This document shows, one piece after another, positions 1-11,140 of a DNA stretch of 64,000 nt. Under the pieces are notes generated by a model. The model ran no database searches. It was not told the DNA's origin and saw nothing but the letters and a program-made list of their open reading frames with translations. The stretch comes from Acidimicrobiia bacterium. GTDB taxonomy: Bacteria > Actinomycetota > Acidimicrobiia > Spongiisociales > ZC4RG35. The stretch spans positions 1,014-65,013 of the forward strand of contig DASPGH010000031.1 in the NCBI GenBank assembly GCA_035620735.1, read 5' to 3'. The position numbers and the translations under genes were made by a program. Positions within the stretch are counted from its first letter, which is position 1. Each line of letters begins with the position of its first letter.

Positions 1-783
1 CCGCTTCCAGAACAAGACCAGCAGACCCACGATGACGACAGCGATGGAGACCCATCCGTTGCGGGACAGCCCGATGAACCTGAACGTGGTGTCGGTGCGG
101 ATCAGCTCCATCAGGAAACGAATCACTCCGTAACCAACGAAATAGACGCCCACCAGACGGCCCCTCATCGACGGGAAGCGATTGCCCACCCAGATTATGA
201 CGAAGACCAGGATCACGTTGAGGATCGATTCGTAGAGGAAGGTCGGGTGAAACGTCTCGGCGTCGGGATAGGCGGCGGGTCGATTCTGCGGGTCGATCTC
301 GAGACCCCAGGGCAGGTCGGTCGGCGTCCCGAACAGCTCCTGGTTGAAGTAGTTGCCCCAACGTCCGATGGCCTGGGCGGCCGGGACGGCGGGAGCAACC
401 GAGTCGAGGAAGTCGGGGAGACTTGCCCCCCACTTGCGCGCGTAATAGATCATGGCGATGGCGCCGGCGGTTAGCCCGCCATACATGGCGATACCGCCCT
501 CCCAGATGGCGATGACCTTCCACCACTCGTCGGCGAAGCGATCGAGGTGGGTCGAGACATAGGCGATCCTGGCGCCTATGAATCCCCAGATGACGACCCG
601 AATCACGATTCGCTCGGCGACCTGAGCATCGCCACCCCGGGCGACGAATCGGTTGCGGGTGATCAGCCAGGCGACGACCACACCTGTCATCACCAGGATG
701 CCGTAGAACGTGACCCGCAAAGGGCCGATGTTGAAGTCGTTCGCCGGTGGCGAAGGTATTGAGGCGAGGACTGCGCCGATCAT
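1..783 (-). CDS. lgt: Prolipoprotein diacylglyceryl transferase; C-terminal end cut by window edge
   Basis: Own minus-strand translation from ATG at 783: MIGAVLASIPSPPANDFNIGPLRVTFYGILVMTGVVVAWLI. In-frame HPTFLYESIL (Lgt HPxxLYE signature) at 220-249. Absent from the ORF track because there is no stop in the window. ATGA overlap with the ctaG stop. Confidence 0.85.
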   Translation of the reverse strand, partial: MIGAVLASIPSPPANDFNIGPLRVTFYGILVMTGVVVAWLITRNRFVARGGDAQVAERIVIRVVIWGFIGARIAYVSTHLDRFADEWWKVIAIWEGGIAMYGGLTAGAIAMIYYARKWGASLPDFLDSVAPAVPAAQAIGRWGNYFNQELFGTPTDLPWGLEIDPQNRPAAYPDAETFHPTFLYESILNVILVFVIIWVGNRFPSMRGRLVGVYFVGYGVIRFLMELIRTDTTFRFIGLSRNGWVSIAVVIVGLLVLFWKR

Positions 784-1580
784 GCCGGTTGAGTCTCCCT
801 CGCCGTCCAACGAAACCACAAAACGGCGATGGTCGACCAGATGATCGGAATGGTGGCGATCTTCATGACGATCCCGGCCAGCTGCTGATCCTCGATCGCG
901 GTGAGCGACCCGATCCGCGGCGCCAGCTCATAGATGGCGTATATCGGAGTGCTGGTGAAGGTGAGAAAACTGGCCGGAATGACTGCTACGACGCTCGTGG
1001 TGATGAAGAGATAGGCCATCTTGGCGAAAGCCGACGATGCCCTGCCTTCGGGGAGCGGCGATATCACGGGGAGCCAGAGGATGAAGCCGGCCACCATCCA
1101 CACAACGTCCATGGCGAACGAGCCGAGCTGGCTGTTCCTCAACACATCGACGGTGCCCGGTGCGTGCGTGGTGAGGAGGATGACGTTGTAGATGACGCCC
1201 GATGCCACCAAAGCCCGACCCAGCCGGAGGACCGAGGACCTGAGACGAACCCGTTCCAGGATCGAGCGCGCCAGCCACTCCGGGGTGCCCAGGAGGATGA
1301 GCGGCGCGGCCACCAGCGTGTAGAGCAAGAACTGCGTCATGTGTGCCGATGCCAGGTATCCCGCCCCGAGCGTCCCCAGCGGCCAATCGGAGGCCAGCCA
1401 GAAAACGATCATGCCGGCTACGAACTGGCCGGCCTTTCTGGGGTCGACCGGCCCGGGATGTCGGCTGACCGCCCGGACGTACAGAACGATGGGAACGATC
1501 GACGCCAACCAGATGCCCGGATAAGGGATCCACTCCCAGGTCCAGGGACGAGCCAGAGCAGTGCACCACCAGCTGATCAA
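780..1580 (-). CDS. ctaG: Cytochrome c oxidase assembly factor CtaG-like polytopic membrane protein
   Basis: Part of ORF 780..1808. SAHMTQFLLYTLVAAPLILLGTP resembles the Caa3_CtaG core, with multiple TM segments. Likely TTG start at 1580, with AGGAG 8 nt upstream, overlapping the cytochrome c stop. The N-terminal 76 aa of the track ORF are Arg-rich and implausible. Confidence 0.65.
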   Translation of the reverse strand: MISWWCTALARPWTWEWIPYPGIWLASIVPIVLYVRAVSRHPGPVDPRKAGQFVAGMIVFWLASDWPLGTLGAGYLASAHMTQFLLYTLVAAPLILLGTPEWLARSILERVRLRSSVLRLGRALVASGVIYNVILLTTHAPGTVDVLRNSQLGSFAMDVVWMVAGFILWLPVISPLPEGRASSAFAKMAYLFITTSVVAVIPASFLTFTSTPIYAIYELAPRIGSLTAIEDQQLAGIVMKIATIPIIWSTIAVLWFRWTARETQPA

Positions 1581-1927
1581 CCGAGGCTCCTGATGTAGTC
1601 GACGAGACGGTCGACCTCCGACTCGCTGAGCCCGAAGGTGGGCATGCGGAGATCGAACCCTGCAACGACCTGTGCTCCTGGATTCGTGATCGACCGTCTC
1701 ACATACGCCTCGTCTACGACCACGTTGGTCCCATCCTCGAGCTCGACATCGGTGCCCCAGATGCCGTGAAGAGTAGGAGCCAGATCGGTGTCGGTCTCCG
1801 TGTGACATGCAACGCAGCCGATCTCTGTAGCCAACTCGCCCCCGGTGAGGTCGTTCGTGGAGCCTTCATCGCTGCACGCGCTCAAAACAAAGATCAAGAG
1901 GGCCGACAGAACAGCTCTACCCGTCAT
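1577..1927 (-). CDS. Class I c-type cytochrome, probable lipoprotein
   Basis: CVACH haem-binding motif. Signal peptide ending LSAC. The start could be ATG 1927 or ATG 1963. Confidence 0.8.
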   Translation of the reverse strand: MTGRAVLSALLIFVLSACSDEGSTNDLTGGELATEIGCVACHTETDTDLAPTLHGIWGTDVELEDGTNVVVDEAYVRRSITNPGAQVVAGFDLRMPTFGLSESEVDRLVDYIRSLG

Positions 1928-2384
1928 GGCTCTGATCCTCGCCGACGTCCTGAGGCTCGACAACCACTGCCTTGAAGGTGATCTCCCCGGCGTTCTGCCA
2001 GGTCAGTGTGACTTCGACTTCCTCGCCCACGTCGAGCCGATCGACATCGACCAACATCAGATGGAATCCACCGGGTTGGAACACCAGGGTCTCCTCGGCC
2101 GATACCTCCATTGGGGCCTCGACGAGCCGCATCGCCATGGTCCCGTCATCGCCGGCGATGGTCTCATGGATCTCTATCGAGTTGGCAACCGTCGTGTCGG
2201 CACCCTCCAGGGCGTCTGGCGTCGCGGAGTGGTTCTCGACAGTGAGGTAGAGAGCGGCATTCGGGCCGGTCGGCATGCCGATGCGGGCATCGGTGACGAT
2301 AAGACCGTCCCCCGAGCCGCTGCAGCTGCCCACGGTAAGCAGCGCCAACACGATGGCCAACATGGCGGGTCTCCTCAGACCCAC
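1917..2384 (-). CDS. Periplasmic copper chaperone PCuAC (DUF461 family), lipoprotein
   Basis: Lipobox LTVGSC. HETIAGDDGTMAM and GGFHLML match the H/M-rich Cu(I) site pattern of PCuAC. Sits between the SCO1 and cytochrome c genes. Confidence 0.75.
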   Translation of the reverse strand: MGLRRPAMLAIVLALLTVGSCSGSGDGLIVTDARIGMPTGPNAALYLTVENHSATPDALEGADTTVANSIEIHETIAGDDGTMAMRLVEAPMEVSAEETLVFQPGGFHLMLVDVDRLDVGEEVEVTLTWQNAGEITFKAVVVEPQDVGEDQSHDG

Positions 2385-2385
2385 C

Positions 2386-3003
2386 TCAGCCCCCCAGATC
2401 GGCGAGGACCTGGAGATCGTTGTTCCACTGGCTCTGTCTGGTTCCGAAGGGATAGACGCTGTGATTCATGCCATCGGGGGCGAATGCGAACACCTGGGCG
2501 GCGTGATTGACCGTGTAGTCCTCACCATCTCCGACGAACACTGCGACGGGGACGCCTGCCGCCGTCTGCGCCGTCTCCAGCTCCTCGAGAGTCCCGGTGA
2601 GACCCACGAACCGCTCGTCGAAGTTGTCGAGGAAGGCCCTGATCTCCTCGGAGGAGTCGCGCTCAGGATCGACCGAGACGAATACCACCTCCGCGTCGCG
2701 GGCGACTTCGGGGATTCGGTCGAACGTCTCCGCTATTTGCGCCAGGTGTACCGGACAGATGTCCGGACAGTTCAGATAGCCGAAGTAGAGGAGAGTCAGT
2801 TTGCCCTCGGTCTCAGCCACGAAATCGTACGGGTTGCCGGCAGTGTCAGTGAGTGTGAATTCCGGTTTTGGCTGGGGTGGGTCGATCACCACGCCCTGGA
2901 GGTCCTCGGTGGAGCCAGCGCCACCCCCGCATCCGGCCAGGGCCAAGGAGCCGGCCAGGATCAGAAGAAGAGCGCGACGGATGATGGGCACGTCGGGCTC
3001 CAT
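2386..3003 (-). CDS. SCO1/SenC family copper-binding thioredoxin-fold protein, lipoprotein
   Basis: YFGYLNCPDICP (CxxxC) motif and downstream conserved His region. Lipobox LAGC. Confidence 0.85.
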   Translation of the reverse strand: MEPDVPIIRRALLLILAGSLALAGCGGGAGSTEDLQGVVIDPPQPKPEFTLTDTAGNPYDFVAETEGKLTLLYFGYLNCPDICPVHLAQIAETFDRIPEVARDAEVVFVSVDPERDSSEEIRAFLDNFDERFVGLTGTLEELETAQTAAGVPVAVFVGDGEDYTVNHAAQVFAFAPDGMNHSVYPFGTRQSQWNNDLQVLADLGG

Positions 3004-3025
3004 GGTGGCCCGTTTCCCCGTCTAT

Positions 3026-3637
3026 CTACAACGCCTTTGCAGCCACGGCGAGGTGATAGGTGATCTCCCGATAGGGAGCGGAGACATAGTCGAGACCTTC
3101 CGGCTCCGGCGCCCAATCGGCCAACTCATCGACGTGGTCACCGAGTATCGCCACCGAGGTCAGCCTGGCTTCCCCGGCCGGGTGAACAACATGTCTCCGG
3201 CCCGGATGCGACTCTTCGGCTACCTGCCATTGGATGAAGAACGGCATCACCCGGGGAAGTGCCTGTTCGAGACCGGCGATTCGCCACTCCAGGACTTCGC
3301 CCTCCGGGGTCTCTCGAGACATCGAGGCGGCCTCGAGCCCGAGTCTTCGACAGACCGAGTCCAGGTCGTCTGTGCGCAGACACACCGCCTTGGCGTCCGC
3401 CCCGTGTGACTGTGCCCCTGCCCAGCGGCCAAACGAGCTGGAATCGGCCTCAATTGGGTCTGTCACCGCCAACAACTCGATGTAGTTCGGTCCCAGCGGG
3501 ATGATGCTGTTCTCGGTTCCATGGCCGGTGTGCCTCCCCCCTGCCACAGGGCTGACTCCGAACCGCTCCTCGAACAGTCGGGCCCCGGACTCGAGGTCTG
3601 CCACACAGACGATTACGTGGTCGAGCTCCAATCTCAT
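3026..3637 (-). CDS. VOC/glyoxalase-like domain protein
   Basis: N-terminus MRLELDHVIVCVADLESGARLFEERFGV is typical of glyoxalase-like domain proteins. Confidence 0.6.
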   Translation of the reverse strand: MRLELDHVIVCVADLESGARLFEERFGVSPVAGGRHTGHGTENSIIPLGPNYIELLAVTDPIEADSSSFGRWAGAQSHGADAKAVCLRTDDLDSVCRRLGLEAASMSRETPEGEVLEWRIAGLEQALPRVMPFFIQWQVAEESHPGRRHVVHPAGEARLTSVAILGDHVDELADWAPEPEGLDYVSAPYREITYHLAVAAKAL

Positions 3638-3675
3638 GTGTGGATGATGCCACCGACGGTCATAGACTTCCCGTC

Positions 3676-3795
3676 GTGAAACGTCTTTCCCCTTTCGTGA
3701 TCATCGCTCTGGCAGCCGCAGCTGCCGTCGCGCTGTTTCGTAGTTCCAGTGATCCGGAGCCGGCGGAGGACTGGAAACCGGTCCAGCCTTCGTGA
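3676..3795 (+). CDS. 39-aa single-TM micro-protein (hypothetical)
   Basis: Own translation: VKRLSPFVIIALAAAAAVALFRSSSDPEPAEDWKPVQPS. Its stop overlaps the GTG start of the next ORF (GTGA). Too short for the ORF track. Confidence 0.35.
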   Translation: MKRLSPFVIIALAAAAAVALFRSSSDPEPAEDWKPVQPS

Positions 3796-4430
3796 GGATC
3801 GGGCTCCTCGTCACCGGGGACGTCTCGGTTCGCGCCGCACACTCCCTGGCCTCCCACGATGGTGTCGACGAGGTAGTCGTGCTCGGTCCGGCCACATCGA
3901 AGAGCTTCGAGGTGGTGAAGACGGCCGACGGCTGTGACTTTCTCGTCGGGTCCGGCCCGAAAGCAATCGAACAGGCCCGGAAACACGCCGTGCCCCTGAT
4001 CTGGGATGGCAATGTGGCTCAGGAGGGAGCAGCAGTTTGGGGGGCATCTCCAACCGGGCTCGCCCTCGCCATGGCCGCCCGGGAGCCAGACCCTCGTCTG
4101 GTGGCGGTGGCTCATCCCGATCTGTCGGTGGACACCTTCGACCGGACGACCAGGTTCCCCGACCCGGTGGGCCGGGTCGGGGTGCGAGAGACCCAACTCG
4201 ACGGCAGACCTGTCGCCGAGGCCCACTCACCCAACGAGTTCGCCGCCTGTCTCGCCGTCGGTGTCAATCGGCGGGTGACCGTGGTCGATCACGGGCACTT
4301 CCTCTCCGGAGTGGCCCTGGCTGCCGGCATCGCCGTCGCCAACGGAGGGGTCACAGCCGTCTGGGAGAAGGCCCTCCCCTACCTGGAGACCGCCACCGAG
4401 ATGGGTCTGGTCATGGCCGAGAGCGACTGA
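3792..4430 (+). CDS. Hypothetical protein with Rossmann-like N-terminus
   Basis: ORF 3792..4430. MRIGLLVTGDVSVRAAHSL...VVVLG resembles a nucleotide-binding fold start. No family recognised. Confidence 0.5.
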   Translation: MRIGLLVTGDVSVRAAHSLASHDGVDEVVVLGPATSKSFEVVKTADGCDFLVGSGPKAIEQARKHAVPLIWDGNVAQEGAAVWGASPTGLALAMAAREPDPRLVAVAHPDLSVDTFDRTTRFPDPVGRVGVRETQLDGRPVAEAHSPNEFAACLAVGVNRRVTVVDHGHFLSGVALAAGIAVANGGVTAVWEKALPYLETATEMGLVMAESD

Positions 4431-4442
4431 GGGACGAAACCT

Positions 4443-4485
4443 CTCTGTGCGGGTTTGTGAGCACAGAGTCCGCACAAACCCGCAC
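4443..4485. terminator. Bidirectional hairpin region between convergent genes
   Basis: A 13-bp perfect stem (GTGCGGGTTTGTG at 4447-4459 with CACAAACCCGCAC at 4473-4485) competes with an 8-bp stem (CTCTGTGC at 4443-4450 with GCACAGAG at 4461-4468). Confidence 0.55.
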
Positions 4486-4493
4486 GGAACGGG

Positions 4494-5063
4494 CTAGCCG
4501 ATCCGCTCTACGCGCTCGCGCTCCTCTGCGTCGGAGTCCGCGTCCTCGGGTTCGGGTTCTTCGTCGATGACCGCCGCAACCTCCTCGGTGGGAAGGTCGG
4601 CGTGCTCCGGCGGAGGTGCCACGCCGCCGTTGACGGCCCGATAGTCGGCCGGAGGGTGCAAGACCTGCTGTTGGGTGGTGGCCGGGGCGACCGGGTTGAG
4701 AGTCTCTTCCAGGACCACTATCTCGAGCCCGCCGACGACGTCCGAGACGAGGTTGTAGATGACTGCCACTGCAACGGTGGTCCCGGTCATCATCACCCAG
4801 CCCACCACCGAGCTGAAGATGAGGAAGCGGAGGAACTGCTCGGTGTTGGCGAAGGGGTTGGATCCCTCCTCGATGAGGGTGATCTCGACCATGAAGTCGA
4901 CGATTCGGTCGGGGATGCCGGCCCGGTCGAGCACCGACCAGAAGATGACCGCCCCCAACACGAATGCCAGGGCCAGGACGGCCCAGACCAATGCGGACAC
5001 CTTCAAGGTGGTCCAGGGGTCGATCTTGCGGATTATTCGCCGGACTCGGCGCACAGTTGCCAT
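4494..5063 (-). CDS. DUF3566-type transmembrane protein (Rv0007-like, conserved next to gyrA in Actinobacteria)
   Basis: MATVRRVRRIIRKIDPWTTLKVSALVWAVLALAFVLG is characteristic of the family. Acidic C-terminal tail. Synteny downstream of gyrA. Confidence 0.75.
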   Translation of the reverse strand: MATVRRVRRIIRKIDPWTTLKVSALVWAVLALAFVLGAVIFWSVLDRAGIPDRIVDFMVEITLIEEGSNPFANTEQFLRFLIFSSVVGWVMMTGTTVAVAVIYNLVSDVVGGLEIVVLEETLNPVAPATTQQQVLHPPADYRAVNGGVAPPPEHADLPTEEVAAVIDEEPEPEDADSDAEERERVERIG

Positions 5064-5140
5064 CTGGGCTCCTGGTTATGCAGATTGAAGTCTACGGGAC
5101 TGCCCGGCTACACCAACGTCACCCACGAAAGCCCTGGTTC

Positions 5141-5214
5141 CTGAAGATGAGCTGATTCGGGTCATATATGGCTCCAGGAACCCCGGGTTCGGTGTGTTCC
5201 CCGGGTTCGGGACC
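5141..5214 (-). repeat. Interspersed repeat, copy A (5' module duplicated)
   Basis: The reverse complement reads CCGAACCCGGGGAACACACCGAACCCGGGGTTCCTGGAGCCATATATGACCCGAATCAGCTCATCTTCAG, near-identical to copies at 33849-33900 and 62662-62711. Confidence 0.8.
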
Positions 5215-7650
5215 CTATTGGTCCAACTCCTCGGAGATCTTGGCGACGGCGGTGAGCTCGGTGCCTTCGTTGAGCGAGATGACCTTCACCCCGGTGGAGT
5301 CCCGCTTCTGACGGCTGATCTTGCCGACCGCCTGGCGGACACCGACCCCCGAAGAGGAGATCAAGAAGACTTCGTCGTCTGCTCTGACGGCACGCGCATC
5401 CACGAGGTTCCCGCGAACCTTCGTCAGCTTGAACGCCTTCACGCCGAGACCACCACGAGTCTGCCTGCGAAATTCCTCCATGTCGGTGCGTTTCCCGTAC
5501 CCCCCGGAGGTGAGCAGCAAAACCTCGTCTCCATCGATGTTGGAGACGGCCCCAACCACCCGGTCACCGTCGCGAAGCTTGATGCCACGCACCCCCTGGG
5601 TGCCACGACCCATGCTTCTCAGGTCCTTCTCGGCGAAACGGATACCCATCCCACTCTGGGTGAAGATGAGGATGTCGTTGGAGCCGTTGGAGGTGCGCAC
5701 CGTGACCAATTCGTCGCCGTCGGCGAGCCTGATCGCCACCAACGTCTGATTGCGGGAGTCGTACTCCTTGAACTCGGTCTTTTTAGCCTGACCCTTCTTG
5801 GTCACCATGACCAGATAGCGCCCGGTCTCGTAGTCGCGGGTGTCGATGATGGCCTGGATCCGCTCGTCGGGATCGATGGGCAGCACCGACTGAGCCATGA
5901 CACCTTTGGCCGTCCGCGACTGTCTGGGGATGGCATGGGCCTTGATGCGGTGGACCAGACCCTTGTTCGTGAAGAACAGCAGATAGGCATGGGCCGTGGT
6001 GTGCACCATGTGACGCACTACGTCGTCGTCTCTCACCTCGGCGGCTTTCACTCCCCTGCCACCCCGCCCTTGTGTCCGGTAGGTCGAGGCCGGCACCGAC
6101 TTCAGGTATCCGGTCGTGGAGACGGTGATGATCAACTCGTCGTCGGCAATGAGGTCTTCGAGACTCAGGTCACCTTCATCGGGGACGAGACGACTACGTC
6201 TGTCCTCGGCAAAGGTCTCACGTATCGAGGTCAGCTCTTCTTTGATGATCGACCAGCGTCGCTTCGGGTCGGCCAGGATCGCCTCGAGCTCGGCGATGGT
6301 CTCCCTGAGCTCGGCCAGCTCGGTGCGAAGCTTGTCCACCTCGAGGGCCGTGAGCCGGCGCAGCGGCATGTCCAGGATGGCGTTGGCCTGGATCTCGCTC
6401 AGGTCGAAGTTGGAGATGAGGTTGGCCCGCGCCTCGGCGGTATCCGCCGAGCCCCTGATGATCCTGATCACCTCGTCGATGTTGTCGACTGCGATGATGA
6501 GACCCTCGAGGATGTGAGCTCGGGCCTGGGCCTGGTCGAGACGGAACTGTGTGCGCCGCTCGATGACCTCCATCTGATGATCGAGGTAGTAGCCGATCAT
6601 CTCTGCGAGGTTCAGGGTGCGGGGCACGCCGTCGACCAACGCCACCATGTTGTAGGCGAAGCTGTCCTGGAGCGGTGTCCCCTTGTAGAGCTGGTTGAGG
6701 ACCACCTGGGGGACGGCGTTCTGCTTCAGCTCGATGACGAGACGGGTGCCGACCCGGTCCGAGGACTCGTTGCGGACTTCGGCGATGCCGGTCATCTTCT
6801 TGTCGTCGACCAGGTCCTTGATCTTGGCGACGACCCGCTCGATCGAGACCTGGTAGGGGAGCTCCGTGACGACGATAGCGGTGCGGCCCTTGCGCACCTC
6901 CTGGACATCGCAGACCGCTCGGACCTTCACCGAGCCGCGCCCGGTGGTCAGGGCCTCACGGATCCCGCCCGCGCCGACCAGAAAGCCACCGGTAGGAAAG
7001 TCGGGGCCCTTGACGAAGCGGAGAAGCTCCTCAGACGTGGCATCGGGGTTGTCGATCGTGTGGAGGGCGGCATCGATAACCTCGCCGAGGTTGTGAGGCG
7101 CGATGTTGGTGGCCATCCCGACGGCGATCCCCTGCGACCCGTTGACCAGGAGGTTCGGATAGCGCGAGGGAAGCACCGACGGCTCCTGGAGCTCGTCGGC
7201 GTAGTTCGGGGTGAAGTTGACCGTGTCCTCGTTGATTCCTTCGAGGAGATGGGTGGAGAGTTTGGTGAGACGGCACTCGGTGTAGCGGGAGGCTCCGGGT
7301 GGATCGTCGATCGATCCGAAGTTGCCCTGCGGGTCGATGAGGAGATGACGCATCGAGAAGTCCTGGCCCATGCGGACCAGGGCGTCGTAGATCGCCGAGT
7401 CGCCGTGCGGGTGGTAATTGCCCATGACGTCACCCACGACCTTCGAGCATTTGCGGTGCGCCGATCCGGGTCCGATGTTGTTCTCGAACATCGAGTAGAT
7501 GATCCGACGTTGCACCGGCTTGAGCCCATCGCGGACGTCGGGTAGGGCCCGGGCCACTATCACCGACATGGCGTAGTCGATGAAGCTGGCCTCCATCTCG
7601 TTGGTGATCTCGACTTCGGGTAGCGGGTTCAGCGTGTGCTCGTCAGTCAT
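5215..7650 (-). CDS. gyrA: DNA gyrase subunit A
   Basis: 811-aa ORF with YHPHGD, SRYTECRL (catalytic Tyr region) and C-terminal beta-pinwheel repeats. Confidence 0.97.
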   Translation of the reverse strand: MTDEHTLNPLPEVEITNEMEASFIDYAMSVIVARALPDVRDGLKPVQRRIIYSMFENNIGPGSAHRKCSKVVGDVMGNYHPHGDSAIYDALVRMGQDFSMRHLLIDPQGNFGSIDDPPGASRYTECRLTKLSTHLLEGINEDTVNFTPNYADELQEPSVLPSRYPNLLVNGSQGIAVGMATNIAPHNLGEVIDAALHTIDNPDATSEELLRFVKGPDFPTGGFLVGAGGIREALTTGRGSVKVRAVCDVQEVRKGRTAIVVTELPYQVSIERVVAKIKDLVDDKKMTGIAEVRNESSDRVGTRLVIELKQNAVPQVVLNQLYKGTPLQDSFAYNMVALVDGVPRTLNLAEMIGYYLDHQMEVIERRTQFRLDQAQARAHILEGLIIAVDNIDEVIRIIRGSADTAEARANLISNFDLSEIQANAILDMPLRRLTALEVDKLRTELAELRETIAELEAILADPKRRWSIIKEELTSIRETFAEDRRSRLVPDEGDLSLEDLIADDELIITVSTTGYLKSVPASTYRTQGRGGRGVKAAEVRDDDVVRHMVHTTAHAYLLFFTNKGLVHRIKAHAIPRQSRTAKGVMAQSVLPIDPDERIQAIIDTRDYETGRYLVMVTKKGQAKKTEFKEYDSRNQTLVAIRLADGDELVTVRTSNGSNDILIFTQSGMGIRFAEKDLRSMGRGTQGVRGIKLRDGDRVVGAVSNIDGDEVLLLTSGGYGKRTDMEEFRRQTRGGLGVKAFKLTKVRGNLVDARAVRADDEVFLISSSGVGVRQAVGKISRQKRDSTGVKVISLNEGTELTAVAKISEELDQ

Positions 7651-7668
7651 GTAATGGCTCTCGTTCGA

Positions 7669-9657
<1,989 letters not shown>

Positions 9658-9721
9658 TCACATATGTCATTCTACCGGGCAGGACCGACAAAACCGAATT
9701 CATCCTGGGCTTTTCCGTCGA

Positions 9722-10030
9722 TCACGATCGGCCCGGTGGCTGGATGTCGATACCCGTTATCGCACCCTCGCCAAAGCGTTTGGCGAGGGTGGTGAGGAGG
9801 TTGACTTCCCCATAGCGGAGGAAGGCGATCATCGATCCACTCGAGGCCTCGACGACGAGAGTGGAGCCCTTCACGTACAGCGGTCTGGACCGTCCCGCCC
9901 AGGGTACGCCGGCGAGCTCGTCCCATTCGGTGCTGAGAGCAGCCATCACTGCAGGGTCGGAGAGACCCATCCTGCGGAACATGTCGTCGAGGGAGTCGGA
10001 GAAGTGCTCGAGGTCGCCTCTGTTGTTCAT
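9722..10030 (-). CDS. DUF721 (DciA-like) protein
   Basis: Position between recF and gyrB as for Rv0004. KGSTLVVEASSGSMIAFLRYGEVNLLTTL matches the DUF721 core. ATG 10030 overlaps the recF stop (ATGA). Confidence 0.7.
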   Translation of the reverse strand: MNNRGDLEHFSDSLDDMFRRMGLSDPAVMAALSTEWDELAGVPWAGRSRPLYVKGSTLVVEASSGSMIAFLRYGEVNLLTTLAKRFGEGAITGIDIQPPGRS

Positions 10031-11121
10031 TTCTCCACCAACCCGTCTCTCACCCGCCACACGGTGCCCGAGATCGGCACGTCCTCGGGACGAGCGGATG
10101 TGATCATGGTCTGGGTGGCCTTCGGGAGGGAGCGGGCCAAGGCCTCAGATCGCTCCGGGTCGAGCTCGCTGAAGACATCATCCAGAAGAAGGACAGGTGT
10201 CTCGCCCACGGTTGCGGCAACCGCTCGATGAGCGGCCAACTTCACGGCGAGTGCCATGGTTCGCTGCTCTCCCTGACTGCCATGCGTCCGCGCTTCGTGG
10301 CCGTCGATCGCGAAGCCAGGCTCATCACGATGCGGGCCAACGGTGGTCATCCTTCGTTCGTAATCGGTCCGTCGGCTCTGTTCAAGGGCTTCGCCGAGAC
10401 GGGAACCGAACTCGGCGGCGGACGCCTGATCGAGTTCTCCCTTCCACGTCGGTGTGTAGGTGAAAGCCGCGTTCACGTCCGTGTTCGCCACGTCGGCATA
10501 AGCCTGGGACAGCATGGATGACAGTGTCTCCACCACCCGGGACCGTCTCGCCAGCACCCGGCCCCCCGCCTGAGACAGCCGGGAATCCCAAACGGCCAGG
10601 GTCGACTCATCGGCCATTCCCTGTCTCAAGAACGCGTTTCTCTGGCGTAGGGCCCGGTCGTACTCGGATTGGTCGAGATGCGCCGCCGGCCACAACTGGA
10701 CAGCTATGTCGTCGAGAAGTTCACGACGCTGGGCGGGTCCTCGCTTGATCAGGTCGAGGTCCTCGGGAAGGAATGCGATGACACGAAGCACCCCGAGGAG
10801 ATCGGATGTCCTTCGGAGTCGGGTTTTGTCCACCTGGGTGCGACGCGATCCGTGCCGGGGTATCTCGATCTCGATGAGTCGCTCCCGGCCCTCACCCACC
10901 AGACCGGATCTCAACACCGCGCTCTCGGCGTCATCGGCGATCAACGCCGAGTCGGGGGCGGACCGGAACGACTTCAGAGAGGCGAGATAGGCGATGCTCT
11001 CGAGAAGATTGGTCTTGCCTGCGCCGTTGCGACCGATCAGCAAGTTCACATCGGCGTCGGGCCCCCAATCCATCTTCTTATAGGACCGGAAATCGATGAG
11101 AGACACCCAGTCGACCCTCAT
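10027..11121 (-). CDS. recF: DNA replication and repair protein RecF
   Basis: Walker A GRNGAGKTNLLE, signature GSQGEQRT, LLLDDVFSELD. Synteny. Confidence 0.95.
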   Translation of the reverse strand: MRVDWVSLIDFRSYKKMDWGPDADVNLLIGRNGAGKTNLLESIAYLASLKSFRSAPDSALIADDAESAVLRSGLVGEGRERLIEIEIPRHGSRRTQVDKTRLRRTSDLLGVLRVIAFLPEDLDLIKRGPAQRRELLDDIAVQLWPAAHLDQSEYDRALRQRNAFLRQGMADESTLAVWDSRLSQAGGRVLARRSRVVETLSSMLSQAYADVANTDVNAAFTYTPTWKGELDQASAAEFGSRLGEALEQSRRTDYERRMTTVGPHRDEPGFAIDGHEARTHGSQGEQRTMALAVKLAAHRAVAATVGETPVLLLDDVFSELDPERSEALARSLPKATQTMITSARPEDVPISGTVWRVRDGLVEK

Positions 11122-11140
11122 AGGTCGTGGTGGGCCGGCC

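Noticed and set aside
780-1808. Long forms of several track ORFs (ctaG 1808, gyrB 9654, dnaA 13847, jag 15704, trxB 21450, pilT-like 25865, pyrE 34521, panB 36771, rpsF 38349, dnaB 40649, dcd 42959, acs 60644)
   Set aside because: The N-terminal extensions overlap upstream genes or regulatory DNA and have atypical composition. Internal starts with an RBS and family-typical N-termini were preferred.
5194-7545. 783-aa plus-strand ORF
   Set aside because: It is antisense to gyrA. The composition is Gly/Asp/Val/Arg-rich and low-complexity, typical of shadow ORFs in high-GC DNA. The minus strand encodes an unmistakable GyrA.
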